Origin: an uncultured Gammaproteobacteria bacterium
GTDB taxonomy: Bacteria; Patescibacteriota; Patescibacteriia; Patescibacteriales; UBA12465
Assembly: GCA_964572055.1 (NCBI GenBank)
Contig: CAZNDY010000001.1
Span: 1-63,320 of the forward strand
DNA length: 63,320 nt
Reading direction: 5' to 3'
In this document: positions 57,545-63,320 of the stretch, in pieces
Numbering within the stretch: position 1 is the stretch's first letter
How the letters are laid out: each line of letters begins with the position of its first letter
Made by a program: the position numbers and the translations under genes
Notes under the pieces: generated by a model
Seen by the model: the letters and a program-made list of their open reading frames with translations, nothing else
Told to the model about the DNA's origin: nothing
The model's database searches: none

Positions 57545-58987
57545 TTAATTTTTTGTTTGAGGCATAAATGTTTTTAGATCTTCCTTACTTATTCCGCCTA
57601 AAATGTATAGTAGAGAAAAATAAAAAATAGCTGCTAAAAAAACACTTATTAATAGCAAGAAATTGTTTTGATAATAGCTAGGAGGAATTAAAAACATCAA
57701 AGCAGCCATCCCTAAAGACGCTAAAAAAGTTTTAGATAATATTTGTATTTTTGGCAGAAAATTTGTATATTTTTTAACTACCCAGATAGTTCCTATTAAA
57801 ATTACTAAATTGCTATAGATAGTAACTATTGCTCCTCCTAGGTAAGAATACTTAGGAATTAAAAATAAGTAAAGAATTAGAGAGCTGATAGCTGTAAAAA
57901 TATAGAGTCCAATAACTTTTTTTTGTTTTTCAATGGCAATTATAATGTGAGAGAAAACAGAGCTGATAAATAAAATAGAAGTTGAAATTATAAGCACTTG
58001 TAATGGTTTTCCGCTAGCATTAAAATCTTGTCCAGCTATCACAGTCATTACCTTAGTGGCTACAAATTGAGTGCCAATAGCTAAGGGCAGTGCTAAAATT
58101 ATCATAAAGTCAAAAGATTTTTGCATGACCTTTTTTAAAAAATCAGTTTTTTGAGAGAACCAATTTTTAGTAAAAATGGGCAACATAATACCAGCAAACA
58201 TATACGGAATTGTGCCAATAACTTCAATGGCTCGATATGATGCTCCATATATTCCGACCTCTTGCTCACTTTTAAAAAGAGATAAAATTAAAATATCACC
58301 TTTAAGATAAAGAAGATTTAAAATAATTGTGGTTGCCAGTGGCCAACTTTTTATAATTATTTTTTTCCAAAAAGCAAAATCAAATTCTAGATTAATTTTA
58401 GAAGTTTTTTTACTGTAAGACCAAAGAACAATAAAGCCAAACAAAGAGCCAAAAACGGAGGCCCACAACATACCATTTAAGCCTTTATCTAATTTGGCTG
58501 TTAGAAAAATAAGAAAAACCACTAAGGTTTTAGATAGAACTTCAGAGGCCATCACTTTTTCCATTTTTAGGTTTTTTTGAAATAGGGCTGTTGGAATTTG
58601 ATTTAAGGCTGGAAATAAAAAGATTAGAGTTGAAATTAAAACACCCATTCTTATCTCGGGTGCATAAGGGAAAAAGAGAATACTTAATGGGGCTAGTCCA
58701 ATAATAATTAGGGCTGATATTAGTCTTAAAGTAAATAGGTTGCTTAAAGCCTTATTTTGATTCTCGTTGGGACGACTTATTATTTGAGCGCTAATTAAGG
58801 TTAGTCCTAAATCAGCTGACATAGCAAAAAAAGAAACAAAAGTGATAATAGTTGAATATTTCCCAAAACCACTAGTACCTAAATATCTGGCCATAATAGC
58901 CAAAGACATTATACCCAGAACAGTAGAGAGCACTTTTCCTATTATTTGAACCAAAGTATTTTTTGCTATTTTTCTTTTTAATTCCAT
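57545..58987 (-). CDS. MOP-superfamily flippase (Wzx / polysaccharide biosynthesis protein type)
   Basis: 480 aa with about 12-14 TMs and an N-terminal KNTLVQIIGKVLSTVLG pattern. Confidence 0.7.
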   Translation of the reverse strand: MELKRKIAKNTLVQIIGKVLSTVLGIMSLAIMARYLGTSGFGKYSTIITFVSFFAMSADLGLTLISAQIISRPNENQNKALSNLFTLRLISALIIIGLAPLSILFFPYAPEIRMGVLISTLIFLFPALNQIPTALFQKNLKMEKVMASEVLSKTLVVFLIFLTAKLDKGLNGMLWASVFGSLFGFIVLWSYSKKTSKINLEFDFAFWKKIIIKSWPLATTIILNLLYLKGDILILSLFKSEQEVGIYGASYRAIEVIGTIPYMFAGIMLPIFTKNWFSQKTDFLKKVMQKSFDFMIILALPLAIGTQFVATKVMTVIAGQDFNASGKPLQVLIISTSILFISSVFSHIIIAIEKQKKVIGLYIFTAISSLILYLFLIPKYSYLGGAIVTIYSNLVILIGTIWVVKKYTNFLPKIQILSKTFLASLGMAALMFLIPPSYYQNNFLLLISVFLAAIFYFSLLYILGGISKEDLKTFMPQTKN

Positions 58988-59079
58988 TTTATTGTTTTTT
59001 TAGAATAAATAATATATAATATTATTATAATCAAATTAATTGGCGCTCTGAGAGCTCACCAAAATATTATCATAATTTT

Positions 59080-59502
59080 ATGAAAAAAGCTAAAAATTTT
59101 TTAAATGTTTTAATTGTTTCTTTATTGTTAGTATTTTCTTTTTCAAGTGGAGTTCATGCTTCCAATCTTTGGAATCAACAAGATTTATTAGATGGTAGTG
59201 TTGAGTCCGCTTTTGGAGAAAGTAAAAATTCTCCAACTGATATAAGATATCAAATTGTTAATATAATAAACATAATTTTAACTTTACTTGGTATTATTAC
59301 TATTATTTTAATGATTTATGCTGGTTTTAGGTGGATGACTTCAGCTGGCAACGAAGATGCTATTTCTAGTGCTAAAAATATTTTAAAAAACGCTATTATT
59401 GGTTTGGTTATAATAACCTTTGCTTGGTCAATTACCGTTTTTGTTTTGAGAAGATTAGACAGAAAATATCTTGAGAATGACGGTTATCATCAATGGGAAT
59501 AA
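59080..59502 (+). CDS. Small membrane protein resembling TrbC/VirB2-type T4SS pilins
   Basis: 140 aa with a signal peptide, then two TMs flanking MIYAGFRWMTSAGNEDAISSAKNILKNAIIGLVI. I recall this pattern from T4SS-pilin-like mini-proteins of CPR genomes. Confidence 0.5.
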   Translation: MKKAKNFLNVLIVSLLLVFSFSSGVHASNLWNQQDLLDGSVESAFGESKNSPTDIRYQIVNIINIILTLLGIITIILMIYAGFRWMTSAGNEDAISSAKNILKNAIIGLVIITFAWSITVFVLRRLDRKYLENDGYHQWE

Positions 59503-59553
59503 TTTTTGTTTAAGTATTGTCTTTTTTTAGATTTTTTGTTATAGTGTAGTTAT

Positions 59554-59579
59554 AAAGCTAATTGATGTCAATTAGCTTT
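59554..59579. repeat. 26-bp near-perfect palindrome (AAAGCTAATTGA-TG-TCAATTAGCTTT)
   Basis: Read directly. It lies between the T4SS-pilin-like gene and nusA. It could act as a terminator hairpin or an operator. Confidence 0.85.
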
Positions 59580-59641
59580 AATTTTAGGTGTTAATAAATT
59601 TTTTATTACTATTTTCTTAATTTAGTAATAAATTCAAAAAT

Positions 59642-61072
59642 ATGTCGGAGTTAATAAATGCTATCAAGCAGGTTTGTGAAGAAAAAAAAATAAATTATGA
59701 TTTAGTTGTTTCAGCGATTGAATCAGCTTTAGCTGCAGCTTATCGTAAGGATTATGGTAATAAATTGCAAAATATTAAAGTTACTTTTAATCCAGAGACA
59801 TCACAATCAAAAATTTTTGATGTTAAAACTGTCGTTGAAGATTTAACAGAAAAGGAAGAGGCTGCTTTACTTCAAAAAATAGAAGAATTAAAAAAACAAA
59901 AGATAAACAGAAAAGAAAGAGAGCCAAGAGCTGATTTAATTGAAAACAAAGAAGAAGAAACTTTGATTGGGGAAGAAGAAAGAAAATTTAATCCTAAAAC
60001 TGAGATTCAATTAAAAGATGCTTTATTAATTAAAAAAGATGTTAAAATTGGCGATGAAATTGTTTTTGATTTAGAAGAGCCCGAAGGTTATGGTCGTATG
60101 GCAGCTCAAACAGCTAAGCAAGTAATCGTTCAAAAAATTAGAGAAATAGAAAAAGAGACTATTTTTAATGAGTTTAAAGATCAAGAAGGTGGCGTTGTTA
60201 ATGGTTTAATTCAAAGAGTTGAGGGTCGTCTGGTTTTTGTTGATTTAGATAAAGCAATTGGTATACTGCCTATGGATGAGCAAATTTATGGAGAAAGATA
60301 TAATGTTGGGGGAAGAATAAGAGTTTATATTAAAGAAGTTCGTTCAGGAGTTAGAGGAGCTGAAATAGTTTTGTCTAGAAAGTCAGAAGAAATTGTTCGT
60401 CAAATTTTTATGATGGAAATTCCAGAGTTAGCTAATGGTTTAATTGAAATAAAAAGTATTGCCAGAGAAGCTGGTTCAAGGTCCAAAGTAGCTATTTATA
60501 CAGATTCAGAAAATATTGATCCAGTTGGTTCTTGTGTTGGACAAAGAGGGGTTAGAATTCAAACTATAATAAATGAACTTGGAGGTGAGAAAATTGACAT
60601 TGTTGAATATAATGAAGATCCTAATAAATATATTGCCAACGCTTTGGCTCCAGCTAAAATTTTAAGCATTAAAATTGATGAAAAATTAAAGAGAGCTATA
60701 GTTAAAGTTGATCCTGAAAAACTTTCTTTAGCTATTGGTAAAGCTGGTCAAAATGCTCGTTTAGCTGCTCGTCTGACTGGTTGGAAAATAGATATTTTGC
60801 CTTATAATCCAGAAGAAGAAAATGAAGATAATTCGGAAGAGCTAGAAGAAGAAACTGAAGAAGATAACAAAAATAATCTACTAGCAGAAGAAAGCATAGA
60901 AGAAAAAACAGAAAAAAAAATAGAAGAAGATAAAGAAGAAAAAAAAGAAAAGAAAGCAAAAGCAAAGACAAAAACAAAAGAGACTAAAACCAAAAAAGAA
61001 TCCAAGACAGAAAAAAAGCCTGTTAAAAAAGAAGCTAAAAAAGAGTCTAAAAAGAAAATTGAGAAAAAATAA
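59642..61072 (+). CDS. nusA: Transcription termination/antitermination factor NusA with a K/E-rich tail
   Basis: 476 aa with N-terminal, S1 and two KH domains (GSCVGQRGVRIQ, AIGKAGQNARLAARLTGWKIDI), followed by a ~90-aa charged tail. Confidence 0.93.
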   Translation: MSELINAIKQVCEEKKINYDLVVSAIESALAAAYRKDYGNKLQNIKVTFNPETSQSKIFDVKTVVEDLTEKEEAALLQKIEELKKQKINRKEREPRADLIENKEEETLIGEEERKFNPKTEIQLKDALLIKKDVKIGDEIVFDLEEPEGYGRMAAQTAKQVIVQKIREIEKETIFNEFKDQEGGVVNGLIQRVEGRLVFVDLDKAIGILPMDEQIYGERYNVGGRIRVYIKEVRSGVRGAEIVLSRKSEEIVRQIFMMEIPELANGLIEIKSIAREAGSRSKVAIYTDSENIDPVGSCVGQRGVRIQTIINELGGEKIDIVEYNEDPNKYIANALAPAKILSIKIDEKLKRAIVKVDPEKLSLAIGKAGQNARLAARLTGWKIDILPYNPEEENEDNSEELEEETEEDNKNNLLAEESIEEKTEKKIEEDKEEKKEKKAKAKTKTKETKTKKESKTEKKPVKKEAKKESKKKIEKK

Positions 61073-61147
61073 TTAAAATAAAAAATTAAAAAAATAATTA
61101 TAAAAAAATCTAAATAATCATCTTTGTTTATTTAGATAACTAAATTT

Positions 61148-63133
61148 ATGATTGAAATCTTTATTATTGCCAGTTCTTTAGTGGCTATAATTTTTGGAGG
61201 AATTCTTATTAACTCTATTATGAGGCTTCCTAAAGGTAATGAAAAAATGCAAGAAATAGCTAGCGCTATTCAAGCTGGTGCAAAGGCTTTCTTGAATCGT
61301 CAATACAAGACGGTTGCAATTGTAGCTTTAATTTTATTTGTGATTATTGCCCTAGTTCCTTCTTTAGGGATTATAACCGCCCTAGCTTTTTTGTCAGGTG
61401 CTGTTTTATCAGCTTTAGCAGGCTATATCGGTATGCATATTAGTGTTAGAGCTAACGTTAGAACAACTGAAGCAGCTCGTGGGGGCTTGAAAAAGGCTTT
61501 AGATGTAGCTGTTAAGGGCGGTAGTATTACTGGAATGTTGGTTGTTGGTTTGGCTTTATTAGGAACTGCTGGTTTTTATTTTTTAACTAAAGATTTACAC
61601 GCTTTAATTGGTTTTGGTTTTGGAGGATCTTTAATTTCAATTTTTGCTCGTTTAGGAGGAGGTATTTATACTAAGGCAGCTGACGTGGGAGCTGATCTTG
61701 TTGGAAAAGTTGAAGCTGACATTCCTGAAGACGATCCAAGAAATCCAGCTGTTATCGCTGATAATGTTGGTGATAATGTTGGTGATTGTGCTGGTATGGC
61801 AGCCGACCTTTTTGAAACCTATTCAGTTACTTCAATTGCTGCTATGGTTTTAGGTTTGATATTTTTTGGCGATTCTAGTGATAAAATATTATTACCTTTA
61901 TTCTTGGGTGGTATTTCAATTATATCTTCTATTATTGGTATTTATTTTATTAGATTAGGAAAAAATAAAAACATCATGCAAGCTTTATATAAAGGCTTGA
62001 TAGCTTCTGGCTTAATTTCAGCTATTGCTTTTTATCCAGCTGTTAAATGGTTTATGGCTGATAATTCTGTTTTCCCATTTTTAAATATTTATTTAAGTGC
62101 TTTAATTGGTTTAGTTGTTACTGGTTTAATGGTTTTTATAACCGAATATTATACTTCAACTAAATTTAAACCTGTTAAGGACATTGCCGAGGCTTCTAAG
62201 ACTGGTCATGGAACAAACGTGATTGCTGGCTTAGCTGTTTCTATGGAATCAACAATGTTGCCAATTTTAGTAATCGCTTCTGCTATTTTAGGAGCTTATA
62301 GTTTGGCTGGTTTATACGGTATTGCTATTGCTGCGGTGGCCATGCTTTCAATGGCTGGTATTATAGTCGCTATTGATTCTTACGGTCCAATTACTGATAA
62401 TGCTGGAGGAATTGCTGAAATGGCTGAATTAGGAGAGGATATTAGAAACATAACTGATCCATTAGATGCTGTTGGTAACACAACCAAGGCTGTTACTAAG
62501 GGATATGCTATTGGTAGTGCTGCTTTGGCTACTTTAGTATTGTTTGCTGATTATACTTATAGAGCTGGAGAAAAATATGTTTTTGCTATTGATAATCCTA
62601 GTGTTTTAGTTGGCTTATTTATTGGAGGTTTACTTCCTTACTATTTTGGATCATTGGCTATGAGAGCTGTTGGTAAATCAGCTGGCTCAGTAGTTGAAGA
62701 TGTTAGATCTCAATTTAAAGAAAAACCAGGAATTATGGATGGAAGCCAAAAACCAGATTATGGTAAAACAGTAGATATTGTAACCAAATCAGCTTTAAGA
62801 GCTATGATTGTTCCTGCCTTAATTCCAGTTATAGCCCCAATTCTAGTTGGCTTTTTATTAGGAGTAGATGCTTTGGGTGGATTGCTTATTGGTTCAATTA
62901 TTACTGGTATTTTTGTAGCTATTTCTATGACTTCAGGTGGTGGTGCTTGGGATAATGCTAAAAAGTACATTGAGTCAGGTCACTTTGGTGGGAAAGGATC
63001 AGATGCTCATAAAGCAGCTGTAACTGGTGATACCGTTGGTGACCCCTATAAAGATACTGCCGGACCAGCGATTAATCCAATGATTAAGATTATTAATATC
63101 GTAGCTTTGTTGATTATTGGATTGTTATTGTAA
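61148..63133 (+). CDS. hppA: Membrane-bound proton-translocating pyrophosphatase (K+-independent type by motif)
   Basis: 661 aa with [29 protein letters not shown] carries the Lys/Thr pair that established work associates with K+-independent H+-PPases. Confidence 0.93.
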   Translation: MIEIFIIASSLVAIIFGGILINSIMRLPKGNEKMQEIASAIQAGAKAFLNRQYKTVAIVALILFVIIALVPSLGIITALAFLSGAVLSALAGYIGMHISVRANVRTTEAARGGLKKALDVAVKGGSITGMLVVGLALLGTAGFYFLTKDLHALIGFGFGGSLISIFARLGGGIYTKAADVGADLVGKVEADIPEDDPRNPAVIADNVGDNVGDCAGMAADLFETYSVTSIAAMVLGLIFFGDSSDKILLPLFLGGISIISSIIGIYFIRLGKNKNIMQALYKGLIASGLISAIAFYPAVKWFMADNSVFPFLNIYLSALIGLVVTGLMVFITEYYTSTKFKPVKDIAEASKTGHGTNVIAGLAVSMESTMLPILVIASAILGAYSLAGLYGIAIAAVAMLSMAGIIVAIDSYGPITDNAGGIAEMAELGEDIRNITDPLDAVGNTTKAVTKGYAIGSAALATLVLFADYTYRAGEKYVFAIDNPSVLVGLFIGGLLPYYFGSLAMRAVGKSAGSVVEDVRSQFKEKPGIMDGSQKPDYGKTVDIVTKSALRAMIVPALIPVIAPILVGFLLGVDALGGLLIGSIITGIFVAISMTSGGGAWDNAKKYIESGHFGGKGSDAHKAAVTGDTVGDPYKDTAGPAINPMIKIINIVALLIIGLLL

Positions 63134-63157
63134 ATCTTAGCTGAAATTTGCTAATAT

Positions 63158-63188
63158 AAAAAAGCAAGGACTATTTCCTTGCTTTTTT
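63158..63188 (+). terminator. Terminator after hppA
   Basis: AAGCAAGGA-loop-TCCTTGCTT followed by a T-run. Confidence 0.75.
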
Positions 63189-63261
63189 AGAAACAAGGCT
63201 TTTATTTTTATATTTTTTTGTTATAATAAAAAAACTGATTATTAATTAATTTTTTATATTT

Positions 63262-63320
63262 ATGAATGTTACAAGAAAAGATTTAGAAAAAGGACAAGTT
63301 GAATTAAGCGTTGAATTAAG
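63262..63320 (+). CDS. tig: Trigger factor, first ~19 codons (runs off the window)
   Basis: MNVTRKDLEKGQVELSVEL resembles the usual trigger-factor N-terminus (M.V..E.L....V.L.VEV). It is very short, so the call is tentative. Confidence 0.5.
   Translation, partial: MNVTRKDLEKGQVELSVEL

Noticed and set aside
35192-62970. Remaining antisense and overlapping track ORFs: 35192-35392, 36084-36305, 36762-37013, 37047-37229, 41225-41449, 41774-41989, 42599-42787, 44342-44671, 50290-50589, 51177-51374, 54060-54305, 60732-60977, 60802-61005 and 62758-62970.
   Set aside because: All are embedded in better-supported genes on the other strand or in another frame, with repetitive or hydrophobic junk-like translations.

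Overview
AT-rich, gene-dense window with standard genetic code, made up almost entirely of housekeeping genes. The gene content is consistent, by inference only, with a small Patescibacteria/CPR-type genome: type IV pilin parts, a lamin-tail-domain protein, a T4SS-pilin-like mini-protein and almost no Shine-Dalgarno sequences. Gene order: clpP (partial), secDF, an O-antigen-ligase-like protein, pilD, ftsAZ, a complete F1Fo ATP synthase operon, tRNA-Cys, groESL with a CIRCE operator, mltG, rpoBC, pth, a pilin-FISUMP fusion, tRNA-Ile and tRNA-Val, a DHH phosphoesterase, pheST, trpS, a dprA-topA-channel-amidase operon, hsp20, a VanW-family gene, tRNA-Glu, ychF, a CsoR-like regulator with trxA-gdh-trxB, surface and hypothetical proteins, rluD, a flippase, nusA, an H+-pyrophosphatase and the start of tig. 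I see no CRISPR array, transposase, integrase, reverse transcriptase or recognisable defence island. The items most worth a second look are: (1) a self-contained minus-strand sRNA gene at about 48.1-48.3 kb (promoter, 107-nt rod hairpin, U-tract) that I cannot assign to a known family; (2) a G+C-rich RNA-like segment next to tRNA-Cys that ends in a degenerate, remodelled copy of that tRNA; (3) a genomically encoded tRNA-Ile with anticodon UAU; (4) two otherwise intact genes interrupted by in-frame stops, one by two TAGs in an identical 9-nt context; (5) unusual architectures, namely SecD with a parvulin-like insert, a GluR0-like ligand-gated channel with a degenerate filter, and a compositionally foreign pilin-FISUMP fusion; (6) SD-less initiation everywhere except one hypothetical gene, which has a paralog elsewhere in the window. 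All calls come from reading the sequence and ORF translations; no database search was run.
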